A stretch of 64,000 bases of DNA from a bacterium (GTDB taxonomy: Bacteria; Patescibacteriota; Saccharimonadia; UBA4664; JBBRNT01), in NCBI GenBank assembly GCA_043767845.1, contig JAYUFZ010000006.1, positions 6,726 to 70,725 on the forward strand, given 5' to 3'. This document shows positions 1 to 9,745 of this stretch, one piece after another; within the stretch, counting starts at the first letter, position 1; each line of letters begins with the position of its first letter. Position numbers and translations under genes: made by a program. The notes below the pieces were generated by a model, which saw only the letters and a list, made by a program, of their open reading frames with translations, made no database searches and was not told the DNA's origin.

Positions 1-42
1 CTGTTTTTTATATCCCTCGGGCTAGGGTAGGAATGTAATCGG

Positions 43-540
43 CTAGGTGAGTATGCTTTGGTCGCTGCGCACAAAGTAGCAGGTGTAGCCGCCGGGGTTC
101 TTTTGCAAGTAGTCCTGGTGGTAGGCCTCAGCTGTCCAGAACTTGCTGAATTTTTCCAGGCTGGTGACAACTGGATTTGGGTAGAGGCCTGAGGCGTTAA
201 CCATATCGATTACGCCTTTGACGGTAGCCAGCTCTTCCTCATCCTGGTAGAAAATAGCCGAGCGGTATGAGGTTCCACGGTCGTTGCCCTGCTGGTTGAG
301 GGTGGTGGGGTCGTGGATGCGAAAAAAGAAATCGAGCAAGGCTTTGTAGGTGGTCTGACCCGGATTATAGGTAATAGCTAATGTTTCGGCGTGGCCACGA
401 TGGTTCTCGTAGGTTGGGCTCTCATTATCGCCGCCGCAGTAACCGACCTCAGTATCGGTCACGCCTGGCAGTTGACGTACTAAGTCCTCAAGTCCCCAGA
501 AACAGCCGCCTGCTAGATAAATTGTTTTACTCTCAGCCAT
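43..540 (-). CDS. msrA: peptide-methionine (S)-S-oxide reductase MsrA
   Basis: 165 aa with the N-terminal GCFWG active-site motif and conserved MsrA core (YHQ/Y motifs). Full-length ORF. Confidence 0.9.
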   Translation of the reverse strand: MAESKTIYLAGGCFWGLEDLVRQLPGVTDTEVGYCGGDNESPTYENHRGHAETLAITYNPGQTTYKALLDFFFRIHDPTTLNQQGNDRGTSYRSAIFYQDEEELATVKGVIDMVNASGLYPNPVVTSLEKFSKFWTAEAYHQDYLQKNPGGYTCYFVRSDQSILT

Positions 541-615
541 GTCTCTCGCTTTCGAATTAACGTTTATTTCTTTTATGTAATAATACTATATTCGCTTCAC
601 GGCAAGCCGCTTAAA

Positions 616-1443
616 TTACTTAAAAGTGTCACAAGCGGCCGGTTTGCCAGACGTGTAGCCAGTATTGAACCACTGGACACGCTGCGCCGAGGAGCCGTGG
701 GTGAAGGTTTCCGGCCGCACCTGCCCCTGGGTTTGTTTTTGAATTTTGTCGTCACCGACGGCCGCAGCAGCATCTATTGCCTTATTGATCTCGCCGGGCG
801 CGAAAACGCCTTGCTGCGAGAGGGAGTAGGCCCAGACCCCAGCAAAGCAATCGGCTTGCAGCTCGACCGCAACGGAAATTTGATTGTCTGTTTGACGCTG
901 TTGTTCTGTACGCTTCATAATACCGAGCTGGTTTTGGACGTGGTGGCCGACCTCGTGGGCAATAACGTAGGCTTGGGCCACGTCGCTATTGCCGCCGCCC
1001 AACTTCTTGAGCTCATCGAAAAAGGTCTCATCAAGGTAAATAGTACTATCGAGTGGGCAGTAATGCGGCCCGACTTGCGACTGTGCCCCACCGCAAGCCG
1101 ACTGGGTAGCCGAACGGAAGAGTACCAGCTTCGGCTCGGTGTAGGCCTTGCCCGACTGGCTAAAGATACCGTGCCAGGTATCATTGGTCGATCCCAATAC
1201 TGTCGAAGTAAACTTCTCATAGTCGTCCACGCCGGCAAACTGGCTGCTTTGCTGCTGTCCTTGGGAGTTTTGCAGCTGGCCAAGTACGCCGCCAAGTGTA
1301 TTGGCGGCATCGCGGTGGCCGGTCAAGCTAAGAATTAGTACGGCAATAGCACCGATGCCACCGAGCCCGCCCAGAGCCAAGGGTGCATTGCTACGCCGGT
1401 CATCTACTGCGCCGCGGGTTGTGATCTTGCTCCAATCTGCCAT
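616..1443 (-). CDS. YpfJ-family putative neutral zinc metallopeptidase, membrane-anchored
   Basis: 275 aa with an N-terminal TM segment, a HEVGHH zinc-binding motif and the QADCFAG/WA pattern typical of the PF04228 YpfJ family. Confidence 0.7.
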   Translation of the reverse strand: MADWSKITTRGAVDDRRSNAPLALGGLGGIGAIAVLILSLTGHRDAANTLGGVLGQLQNSQGQQQSSQFAGVDDYEKFTSTVLGSTNDTWHGIFSQSGKAYTEPKLVLFRSATQSACGGAQSQVGPHYCPLDSTIYLDETFFDELKKLGGGNSDVAQAYVIAHEVGHHVQNQLGIMKRTEQQRQTDNQISVAVELQADCFAGVWAYSLSQQGVFAPGEINKAIDAAAAVGDDKIQKQTQGQVRPETFTHGSSAQRVQWFNTGYTSGKPAACDTFK

Positions 1444-1600
1444 ATCTATCCTTTCATTATGTATCAGCCTACAGTTGTGTTATTGAGCGGTCAGTAAGAT
1501 AAATCACTACCAGCTCTATTGGCGTATTCTGGCCAAATGAAAACACCCCCACAGGTTCGTGGGGGTGTCGGGTAATCGGTGGACGGCAGGTCTAGGAGTC

Positions 1601-2446
1601 CTACTCAGCCAAGTAGACTGAGGACAGGAGGCTACTTCCATCCTGGAAATCGAGCTGGTAGAGCTCGAGCCGGCCGTTGCCGGAGCGAAAGACGCGACGG
1701 CCCATGTTCTGGCGGTTGTCGTGGTCGGCGGTATCAAGCTCAGCGGCGCTGGCGGTGGTACTGGCCAAGGTCGTCGAACTGTCGAGGTGGGCATAGATGA
1801 TGTCCAACTCTTCGTAGTCATGCGCATTTGGGTGCTGGCTGCCGATGTCGCTGGAGTAGTCCATGCAGGTGCCCAGAGCTGCGCCGGTTTCGTCTTGGTG
1901 TCCGAGGCCGACGGTGTGGCCAATTTCCTGACACATGACATGGTTCTTCTCGGCCGTGTTGTTGTAGGCGGCCGTGTTGAAGTAGGTGTCATTCATCTTG
2001 GTCGTGCCCTGGGTGATGTGCCCATCAGCCGTGATCCAGATTTGGGCCAAGCCCAGCCAGCCGTTGCTTCCATACTTGGAATTGCAGACTTCCACTCGCC
2101 CAAGCGTCGCCCGGCAGGTTCGGTTGGGTTTGGCGGCGTTGGGGGCGATGACGGTGTTGAGGACATCGGAGGCCGACCAATCGGTCATGGCTGTCGAGAA
2201 CTGGGCTTGCCAGTTGTTGGACAGGTTGTTGCCGAGTTGGACCACAAATGGATTGCTTGTCCTGGCCCAGTGGTAGCCGCCCCAGGAGTGGGTGGCGTTG
2301 GCGGGCTGGGCGGCGAACAGGAGGCTGAGCATGGCGGCGAAAGCTACCAGGACGACGCCTCCGCGTCGCTTGCTTAGTGCACGGTTGAGACGTCGGGTGG
2401 GTAGCTGCTTGTTCACAGGTGCCTTTCGGAAGGTTTTTGATTTCAA
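1601..2446 (-). CDS. secreted metzincin-type zinc metalloprotease
   Basis: 281 aa with a signal peptide (basic n-region plus VVLVAFAAMLSLLFAAQPANA) and the extended HExxHxxGxxH motif (QEIGHTVGLGHQDE). Local GC is noticeably higher than the flanks. Confidence 0.7.
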   Translation of the reverse strand: MKSKTFRKAPVNKQLPTRRLNRALSKRRGGVVLVAFAAMLSLLFAAQPANATHSWGGYHWARTSNPFVVQLGNNLSNNWQAQFSTAMTDWSASDVLNTVIAPNAAKPNRTCRATLGRVEVCNSKYGSNGWLGLAQIWITADGHITQGTTKMNDTYFNTAAYNNTAEKNHVMCQEIGHTVGLGHQDETGAALGTCMDYSSDIGSQHPNAHDYEELDIIYAHLDSSTTLASTTASAAELDTADHDNRQNMGRRVFRSGNGRLELYQLDFQDGSSLLSSVYLAE

Positions 2447-2608
2447 GGTCCGATATACTATATACTAATATCCTAAATATGTCTATATTTTTCATTCGCG
2501 GCCGCCCAGACAACGATTACTGGATTGTATCCACAGGCGCTCGAATGCGGTACATTTTACCTCTAAATGCGGGCGAGTAGCGTACAATAATTTCAATAAA
2601 GGATTTAT

Positions 2609-2878
2609 ATGAAAGCAATACTTTTGAAAAACTTGAAACTTGTGGTGGCAGTCTGCACCGCCGCGGCAATTTTACTGGTGCTGGCTGGCTTCCTGGTGCC
2701 GCTGGGATCCTACGTCACTGCCAAGGGAATATGTGGCAATCAACACGAGAGCTCTTCCGTGCAACGGCTGCACCTGATCCGTGGCGATAGTCTAGAGAAA
2801 GTTAAGTCAGCAGATATTGAGCCGGGCCCGGCCGAAGGTTGCAAGCCTCTGGTTGTGTATTATCTATATTTTTTCTAA
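2609..2878 (+). CDS. small hypothetical signal-peptide/TM protein
   Basis: 89-aa ORF with an AAAGGA RBS 6 nt upstream and a hydrophobic N-terminus. No recognisable family. Confidence 0.35.
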   Translation: MKAILLKNLKLVVAVCTAAAILLVLAGFLVPLGSYVTAKGICGNQHESSSVQRLHLIRGDSLEKVKSADIEPGPAEGCKPLVVYYLYFF

Positions 2879-2994
2879 ACAAACAAGGCAGCTAAGCAAT
2901 ACTTGTGGCGGGTAGATGCGGCCGAGTAACGTGCCTCCTGTAAACTTTCCAAAAAATCGCTATACTTAGTGCAGATTCTAGCAGGGAAGTATCG

Positions 2995-5556
2995 ATGCCC
3001 AAGATGAAATCCACCACTAAACCAATGGCCTCGCAATTTAAGAGTCGAGTCGGTTTTTTGATGGGCGGCGGAGACATGGCTCGTCGCATCGAGCAATTTC
3101 CCTGGTCAGATAATAGGCTTGGTCCACTCCAAAGTTGGCAGCCCTACCTCAAACACGCCATAAGTTTTATATTGAATTCGCCTTTACGGACGGTGTTGTT
3201 GGTAGGCGACGACGGTATTATGATCTACAACGATGCTTACGCGGCATTTGCTGGGGAGCGGGACACTGACTTGCTTGGCTCCCAAGTCGCTGACGGGCTT
3301 CCGGAGGCAGCTGACTTTCATCGCCAGGTTTTAAAAGCCGTCTTAGCCGGCAAGACTGTAACCTATGTCGACCAGCAGTTAAAAAGCTATCGCCGGGCGA
3401 CGGATCAAGAGATGTGGATGGATCTTAACTACAGCCCGGTGCTCGACGATGGCGGCATGCCATTCGCTGTAGTAGGAGTAGTACTCGAAGCAACGAATCG
3501 GATAGTAGCCGAAAGCCGCCGCTCAACCACTGAAACCGCCCTACAAGCCGAACGCCAGCGTTTACATGACCTATTTATGCGTGCCCCGGGCGGAATTGCG
3601 ATTGTGACCGGCCCAGACCTGAGGTTCCAATTAGTAAATAAGCCTTTTCAGCAATTATTGGGTGCTGGACGCAATCTCGCAGGGCAGGCGCTCCTCGACG
3701 CCGTCAGCGATCTCGACCCCAAGCTCATAGAAATGATTCGACGAGTATCGTTTCAGGGTGAACGTTTTGAGGCGCATGAGCTTCCAGTGACCCTTGATTG
3801 GGACAGCGACGGCTCGCTAAAAACGAAATACTTGGACTTTATCTGCGAACCCTATATGGAGAATAACCAGCCCAATGGGCTGATTGCCTATATTTACGAT
3901 ATGACCCAGCAGGTGAAGTCACGCAAGGAAGTGGAGGATCAGAACAGGGTGTTGGAAATGTTGGCCGGGGGCTCTTCCTTCGAAACCACATTAGACTTTT
4001 TGATCCGTACGATAGAAATGCAATCATCAGATGGTATTCTGGGGTCGATATTATTAATGAGTGATGATGGTACATCGTTGCAGCACGGCAGTGGTCCCAG
4101 CTTGCCAGCCAGCTACTTGCGGGCTATTGATGGGATCGCCGTCGGGCCGAAAGTTGGTTCCTGCGGCACTGCAGCTTACCGGAAACAGCCCGTATTCGTC
4201 AGTGATATAGCAAGCGATCCGCTGTGGACCGATTTTCGTGAATTAGCGGCTGCCCATAGTCTCAAAGCATGCTGGTCGACGCCTATATTTGGCTCTGACA
4301 AGCAAGTACTTGGTACATTTGCCCTTTACTACCGTGACGTTCACCGGCCAACGGCCGAAGATAAGCATAGTATTGAATTTGTGACCAGGACGGCGGCCTT
4401 GATCATCGAACACAGTAAAGCCGAAGATCTGCTGCGCCAAAGTGAGGAACGCTTCAGGTTCATGGCCGAAACCCTGCCTCTCAAAATATTTACAGCCGAC
4501 GCTGGTGGCAAGATCACCTATTTCAACCCACAATGGTCAGAGTTTACCGGCAAAAGTATGAAGGTATTGATGCGCGATGGGGTGCGTATGTTTATGCATC
4601 CCGAGGACGCCCAGTCGAGCATGCAGACGTGGATGGCGGCCCTCAAAACTGGCACTCCACTGCAAAACGAACAGCGACTGCTGAGGCACGATGGCCAGTA
4701 TCGCCGCCATGTAAGCTTCGCGCGCCCCATGCGCGACAATAATGGCCGTATCATCAGCTGGTTTGGGTCGATGACCGACATAGAAGACGTTTTACAGACG
4801 GTAGTCCAAAAAGAAAAGCTTGAGATTATGACTGCCGGGCTCAAAGAACAAAGAGCTCAGCTGGTAGCCCTCAATAACGCAAAAGATGAGTTTATAACAC
4901 TGTCTTCGCATCAGCTACGTACGCCGGCCACCGCTGTAAAACAGTACATCCACCTGGTGCTAGGGGGTCATTTCGGTGCCTTGACGCCTGCGCAGTTACG
5001 TAGCTTAACGATTGCCTACGAAAGTAATGAGCGCCAACTCAATATTATCAATGACTTACTTAAGACTGCCCAGATCGACTCTAATCGCTACACGCTCAAG
5101 AAACAGAACCTCAGCATTGTGGAGGTATTGCGCGATGCAATCGCCGAAATGCAGTCTTCGCTGCGCCTCAAAGGCCAGGTAGTGAGCTTTGACCCACCAC
5201 GTGGCTTGCCCAAGCTATTGGCCGACCGCAGTGATCTCAATCTAGTGTTTATTAACCTGCTAGAGAATGCCAGCAAATACAGCTATCCCAATAGCGCCAT
5301 CGAAGTGATAGTCACCAAGAAACCTAAAGCGCTGGAAATAGCGATAATCGACGAAGGAGTCGGTATTGAAAAGCAGCACGGTAGGCGTATTTTTGAGAAG
5401 TTTACGCGTATCGATAATGAATTGTCCGATACGGTCAGCGGCACTGGCTTGGGGCTGTATTGGGTCAAGCGCATACTCGCGTTACACGGCGGGAGTATCA
5501 AGGTAATTTCCGAGCCCAAGCTTGGCTCGCGCTTCATCGTGAGCTTACCACTATGA
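2995..5556 (+). CDS. cytoplasmic multi-sensor histidine kinase (PAS-PAS-GAF-PAS-HisKA-HATPase)
   Basis: 853 aa with no TM segments. GAF-like block, HisKA H-box (SSHQLRTPATAV) and HATPase G-boxes (GTGLGLYWVKRIL). Its stop overlaps the start of the downstream receiver (ATGA). Confidence 0.85.
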   Translation: MPKMKSTTKPMASQFKSRVGFLMGGGDMARRIEQFPWSDNRLGPLQSWQPYLKHAISFILNSPLRTVLLVGDDGIMIYNDAYAAFAGERDTDLLGSQVADGLPEAADFHRQVLKAVLAGKTVTYVDQQLKSYRRATDQEMWMDLNYSPVLDDGGMPFAVVGVVLEATNRIVAESRRSTTETALQAERQRLHDLFMRAPGGIAIVTGPDLRFQLVNKPFQQLLGAGRNLAGQALLDAVSDLDPKLIEMIRRVSFQGERFEAHELPVTLDWDSDGSLKTKYLDFICEPYMENNQPNGLIAYIYDMTQQVKSRKEVEDQNRVLEMLAGGSSFETTLDFLIRTIEMQSSDGILGSILLMSDDGTSLQHGSGPSLPASYLRAIDGIAVGPKVGSCGTAAYRKQPVFVSDIASDPLWTDFRELAAAHSLKACWSTPIFGSDKQVLGTFALYYRDVHRPTAEDKHSIEFVTRTAALIIEHSKAEDLLRQSEERFRFMAETLPLKIFTADAGGKITYFNPQWSEFTGKSMKVLMRDGVRMFMHPEDAQSSMQTWMAALKTGTPLQNEQRLLRHDGQYRRHVSFARPMRDNNGRIISWFGSMTDIEDVLQTVVQKEKLEIMTAGLKEQRAQLVALNNAKDEFITLSSHQLRTPATAVKQYIHLVLGGHFGALTPAQLRSLTIAYESNERQLNIINDLLKTAQIDSNRYTLKKQNLSIVEVLRDAIAEMQSSLRLKGQVVSFDPPRGLPKLLADRSDLNLVFINLLENASKYSYPNSAIEVIVTKKPKALEIAIIDEGVGIEKQHGRRIFEKFTRIDNELSDTVSGTGLGLYWVKRILALHGGSIKVISEPKLGSRFIVSLPL

Positions 5557-5948
5557 AGACGGCCACAGTACTTATAATCGAGGATGAACAAATCCTCCAG
5601 GACGTTTATAGTCTCATCTTAGGTAGCAAGGGATATACTGTCGCAGTTGCCGAAAACGGTGCCGAAGGCTTAACCAAAATGAGAGCCGTAAAGCCGGATT
5701 TAATACTGCTCGACGTACTCATGCCAGTGATGGACGGCAAAGAATTCTTAAAAAATTTCGATGCAAGTGAATTTCCCTACACTAAGATCATAGCCTATAC
5801 CAATCTGTCGGACCGCCAAACCCAGCAAGAGATGGTCGAGCTCGGTGCCATGGAGTGTGTATTGAAGTCTAGTATGACGCCTGAAGACCTGCTCAATCTG
5901 GTGGGGCAGGTGCTGGAAACCGGCCATAAACATAAAAACAGGCCTTAG
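5553..5948 (+). CDS. single-domain response regulator (CheY-like receiver only)
   Basis: ATG at 5553 overlaps the HK stop (ATGA). Translation MKTATVLIIEDE...DLILLDVLMPVMDGKEF gives the receiver acidic pocket, phospho-Asp and K motifs. The protein stops after about 131 aa, with no output domain. Confidence 0.85.
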   Translation: MKTATVLIIEDEQILQDVYSLILGSKGYTVAVAENGAEGLTKMRAVKPDLILLDVLMPVMDGKEFLKNFDASEFPYTKIIAYTNLSDRQTQQEMVELGAMECVLKSSMTPEDLLNLVGQVLETGHKHKNRP

Positions 5949-5961
5949 CAGGCCTGTTTTT
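5934..5961. terminator. bidirectional intrinsic terminator hairpin
   Basis: AAAAACAGGCC-ttagca-GGCCTGTTTTT, a perfect stem flanked by A and T runs, between convergent genes. Confidence 0.6.
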
Positions 5962-5979
5962 ATTGGTAAGCTTGGACTA

Positions 5980-6801
5980 CTAGATGAGGCTTAGTAGAAA
6001 GTTGACCACTGGGTTGCCTTTGGCTTTGCCATTGCTTGCAAAGTAGCTAACGCAATCGCCCTGGTTCTTAAATACTGGTGCTTCCGAAGTTTTCCAGCCG
6101 CCATTCTTGCATTCGTCCTTGGAGTGCAGTACTACTGGATCGGGCTCGAAATCGTAGGTCGTCACGGCACTCGTGGTGTTGATGACGACTTTGTCGAGGT
6201 AGCCCGCTAGGCCCGTGTCGCTAACTGTAGTATCACCGACGTTGAGGGCAATGAAGCTGATGGTGCTACCGGCAGGCATGCCTGCTAGGGTGGCGGGACA
6301 GGTGACGCTTGAACGTGCCCGCACGTTGACCGGTGTGGCGGTCGAGCTAAACGACGCTGTCGTAAAGCTGCTCGTTGAGCCCGATGTCGGCGCGTAGTCG
6401 AAGCGGCAGTCATAGTAGGTGGTTGATGCCGGTAGATTAGTATAGACATTCAAATAGAATTGGTTGGCACTAGCCGCCGTACCATTGCCGGCGATCAAAA
6501 AGTCGTAGGACAGCGAATTGAAGTCTGACACCAAGCTGTTGAGCGTCTTGGCCATGATGAACTTATCGGCTGGCGTCGCCCCAATCGGCTGCACATAGAG
6601 GCTGCCTTGCCCGATGCTGGCCTGGTCTTTGTTGAATTCATAGGGCGTTTGGTTGGACGGGTCCGGGTTAAGCAGCCAGCCTTGGTGGTTCGACGGACTG
6701 ACCACGACGGTACTTGCTGCGGCCAAGGCTGCTGGCGATATCATGAGCACCGGCAGGGCTACGGCTAGCCCGGCGGCTATTTTCTTTAATGTTTGATACA
6801 T
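5980..6801 (-). CDS. secreted hypothetical protein
   Basis: Start placed at ATG 6801 (MYQTLKK...) because an AAAGGAGG RBS lies 7 nt upstream. Signal peptide AAGLAVALPVLMISPAALAAAS. Thr/Ser-rich mature protein. No family recognised. Confidence 0.6.
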   Translation of the reverse strand: MYQTLKKIAAGLAVALPVLMISPAALAAASTVVVSPSNHQGWLLNPDPSNQTPYEFNKDQASIGQGSLYVQPIGATPADKFIMAKTLNSLVSDFNSLSYDFLIAGNGTAASANQFYLNVYTNLPASTTYYDCRFDYAPTSGSTSSFTTASFSSTATPVNVRARSSVTCPATLAGMPAGSTISFIALNVGDTTVSDTGLAGYLDKVVINTTSAVTTYDFEPDPVVLHSKDECKNGGWKTSEAPVFKNQGDCVSYFASNGKAKGNPVVNFLLSLI

Positions 6802-6851
6802 AGATTCCTCCTTTAACCTTGCTAGCTTAGCAGCCCAGCGGCCCAATGGGT

Positions 6852-6877
6852 GTAACAATTGTTACAATATTGTTACG
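6852..6877. promoter_or_regulatory. operator-like compound palindrome
   Basis: GTAACAATTGTTAC is a perfect 14-bp palindrome, immediately followed by AATATTGTTAC, a third TTGTTAC half-site. It lies about 55-75 bp upstream of the 6801 start codon in a divergent promoter region. Confidence 0.4.
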
Positions 6878-7112
6878 TTTAAACACATGGTTTTTAGGAC
6901 TATACACGTCTCAGCTCGACAATTACTTTGCCCTGCTGACGCCAGAACAAAGAGGCGGATTGGCGCGCGTCCGATCTATTATCATAGAGGTTGTGCCAGA
7001 GGCCTTGCTCGTCAGCTGGTACTTACTCGCCGCGCCGCCATCGATAGGGCGTAGCTGGGGCGTGATATCGCTTATGGATGTAGTATAATGATGCCAAAGA
7101 GGAAAGCAATGC

Positions 7113-7880
7113 ATGTTTATACCATTATCTAGCCTGACCACGCTCGTCGGAGCAATAATAATGTTTGGGGCTTGGCTCTACGTCGGTAGCCGCCTCCAGT
7201 CTAGTGCTAGTGACGCCCAACAGCCGGTTCGCATGTTCCACAAGTTCTTTTTGTTCATGGCTATCTTCATGGTCTTCATGTGGCTGCCAAACTTCTGGCT
7301 TGCTCTAGCGCCAGAACGCTTTCCGCTGGCGATGGCGATTGGCTACGTGGTAGGCCATGTGTTTCTCTATATCGCTTTTTCCTACATTGCCCGGATGACT
7401 TGCCGGATTGTACCTAGGCTGAACTCTAAAGAAAAGCTGGTAACAATTGCCTGCTACATTCTGAGTGCGGTCATCACCGCCATTACTGCCATGACCATGA
7501 TCTGGGGCAAACAGCCAGCATATGACTATATTCATGGGGTAACGCTGCTGAACGCCTCGCCGATCGTTGGACCTTCAATCGGTATCTTTGCCTTGCTCAC
7601 GGTCATCCCGGCCGCGATTTTATTCATGATACACGCTTTCAAGTCACAGGGGAGTCGCCGTGTCCGTTCGTTGCTGCTCGGTATCGGGCTATTTGTGCTG
7701 ATGACCGGCGGGCCACTGCACGACAACGCCACGACAAGCACAATGTATATCATTGCCGATATCTCAGTAATTGCCGCCATGCTGGTGGTAGGTGTCGGTG
7801 TGGTCTACCGCCTGGAACAAAGCCTGGCTTTCTCCGAGCCAACACGGCCAGTTATGGCGCCATCATCTAACACTGTCTAA
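7113..7880 (+). CDS. polytopic integral membrane protein, hypothetical
   Basis: 255 aa with about 7 hydrophobic helices. TATAAT at 7084-7089 and AGAGGAAAG RBS 7 nt upstream of the ATG. Confidence 0.6.
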   Translation: MFIPLSSLTTLVGAIIMFGAWLYVGSRLQSSASDAQQPVRMFHKFFLFMAIFMVFMWLPNFWLALAPERFPLAMAIGYVVGHVFLYIAFSYIARMTCRIVPRLNSKEKLVTIACYILSAVITAITAMTMIWGKQPAYDYIHGVTLLNASPIVGPSIGIFALLTVIPAAILFMIHAFKSQGSRRVRSLLLGIGLFVLMTGGPLHDNATTSTMYIIADISVIAAMLVVGVGVVYRLEQSLAFSEPTRPVMAPSSNTV

Positions 7881-7966
7881 TAAGGACCGCGCCCTAAGCT
7901 GGTCAGCTGCTCCGAAGCTGCTTGCATAGCAGTAAGTCTTGGGCGTAACTCAATGCAGCCTATGGG

Positions 7967-9496
7967 CTAAAGCTGCTCAATAATAGTTGAGACTTCGGCT
8001 TGTACAACTTTGCCGTGGTCGCGGTCAAGCTTGCTAAAGGGCGGCACTTCTAGGTAGAACTTCGAGCCCTTATTGAGCTTGCTAGTGCACCAAACTTTGC
8101 CATTAAGCCGGTTAGCCAGCTCCAGGCAGAGGTATAACCCTAGACCGCTACCGCCAGTCTCGCGAATTCGAAAATCCTCTGAGCGGTAGAATTTCTCGAA
8201 TAAGTGCTTTTGGTCGCTCGCCGAAATACCGATGCCGCTATCTTCAACACTGTAGAGCACGCCCCCACCATGGCTCGGCTCGGCTTTGATAATGATGATT
8301 CCTTGCTTAGTGTATTTCAGGGCATTGCGCATGTAATTTTCTAAAATCTCCCGGATATGGTGCTCAGTGGAGAGGACGGTCGGGGTGCCAGCGCCGACAT
8401 TGTTCTTAATTACCAGGCCGGCGGATTCGGCTAGCGGAGTGAAGTCGCGTACCAGTTGGGCAACCATCACACCTGGGTCGACTGGCTCCAGGCGGACCTG
8501 GATATTATCGTTTTGGGCCTGGGACAGTGTCGTAAAGTCCTTGATGAGATTGGCCAAAAACAGGGTGTTGCGGTAGGCCTGCTCGACGAGCATGGCATTA
8601 TCGGCCGACAGCGAGCTCTTGGTCAAAAGAGCGGTTGAGAGAGCTGCTTCAATAATGCTGATCGGCGTCCGCAACTCATGAGAGGCAACCGAAATAAACT
8701 CCTCACGTTGCTGGTCGAGCGACTTTTGCTTGGTAATATCGCGAGCGGCCAAGATGTAGTTAGTGTCTCCCAGGTCCTCAAAACTTACCGGTGTAATGCT
8801 GATATCGAGTTCGACAGTGCTGCCGTCGGTATTAACGATCACCAGGTCACGGTGGCGTTGCGGCCCGGAATTACCTTTAACGATTGCCTGAAAAGTAACC
8901 GGCCCCTTGACCCGGTGTCGGAAGGGGAGCACATTCGATACATCTTGGCCTGCTAGGGAACCCTGCTCGGCCAGTCCAGCCAGCGAGTTGACTGCCGCGT
9001 TGGCGAGGACGATGTGCCCCTTGGCATCGATCACCAGCATCGCGTCATCGAGACTATTAAGTAGCGCCAGCAAGCGGTCACTTTCTATCCGGTTTTTAAC
9101 ACTCAAGCGCTCAAAGTCATCGCGCTCCTGGCGCTCGACGTGGGTTAGCCGCTCGGTCAGTAGCCCGATCAACAGCAGGATGAGCACACTGCCGAGACCG
9201 GCGCGTAGGGGGTCGAGAATAATAGGCGTGAAGGGGTGAGTCATGGTTAGCACCATGAGCCCGGCAAACTGGCCAGCTACCACTAGCAGCATGCCGTTGA
9301 TCGAGTACCAGTAGGTGGCCGAGATCAGAATTAGCACCAGCAAGCCGGTGTAGGGCGTATCGGCGCGACCGACCAAGAAGAGTAGTGAGAGCACGAAAAT
9401 ATTATCGATAATGAGCATACTAACCCGTGAGGCAAACAGCTTAACGCGCAGTAGGGCAGGGATGTAGCGGCTGAGATTGAAGATGACGCTGAGCAC
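7967..9496 (-). CDS. membrane sensor histidine kinase (TM-PAS-HisKA-HATPase)
   Basis: 509 aa with N-terminal TM helices. HisKA H-box SHELRTPISII and HATPase motifs (GGSGLGLYLCLELA). Confidence 0.85.
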   Translation of the reverse strand: MLSVIFNLSRYIPALLRVKLFASRVSMLIIDNIFVLSLLFLVGRADTPYTGLLVLILISATYWYSINGMLLVVAGQFAGLMVLTMTHPFTPIILDPLRAGLGSVLILLLIGLLTERLTHVERQERDDFERLSVKNRIESDRLLALLNSLDDAMLVIDAKGHIVLANAAVNSLAGLAEQGSLAGQDVSNVLPFRHRVKGPVTFQAIVKGNSGPQRHRDLVIVNTDGSTVELDISITPVSFEDLGDTNYILAARDITKQKSLDQQREEFISVASHELRTPISIIEAALSTALLTKSSLSADNAMLVEQAYRNTLFLANLIKDFTTLSQAQNDNIQVRLEPVDPGVMVAQLVRDFTPLAESAGLVIKNNVGAGTPTVLSTEHHIREILENYMRNALKYTKQGIIIIKAEPSHGGGVLYSVEDSGIGISASDQKHLFEKFYRSEDFRIRETGGSGLGLYLCLELANRLNGKVWCTSKLNKGSKFYLEVPPFSKLDRDHGKVVQAEVSTIIEQL

Positions 9497-9745
9497 GATC
9501 AGGCCATAGACTAGACCGGTTTGTGGTTCGTGAAAGGGGAAGCTAACCAGCGTGAATATAATGCAATACCAGCGGATCTGGCGGGTAATAGTCTCATAAT
9601 CCGGCCCTTTAGCCGTGGCGCGCGCGCTTAACGGCTTTCATGTGGAGTAGAGTATCGGTTCATTACTCTTATACTAGCACTAACTATGACCATGCCAAAG
9701 TGGGCATGTATTATTGCTTGATTGCTGGTATTGTTAGTAGTAATT

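Noticed and set aside
697-2513. Plus-strand ORFs 697..1338, 1721..2377 and 1986..2276, and minus ORFs 915..1310 and 2025..2513.
   Set aside because: They overlap the YpfJ-like and metzincin genes in alternative frames and have Arg/Pro/Gly-rich antisense-type composition with no motifs.
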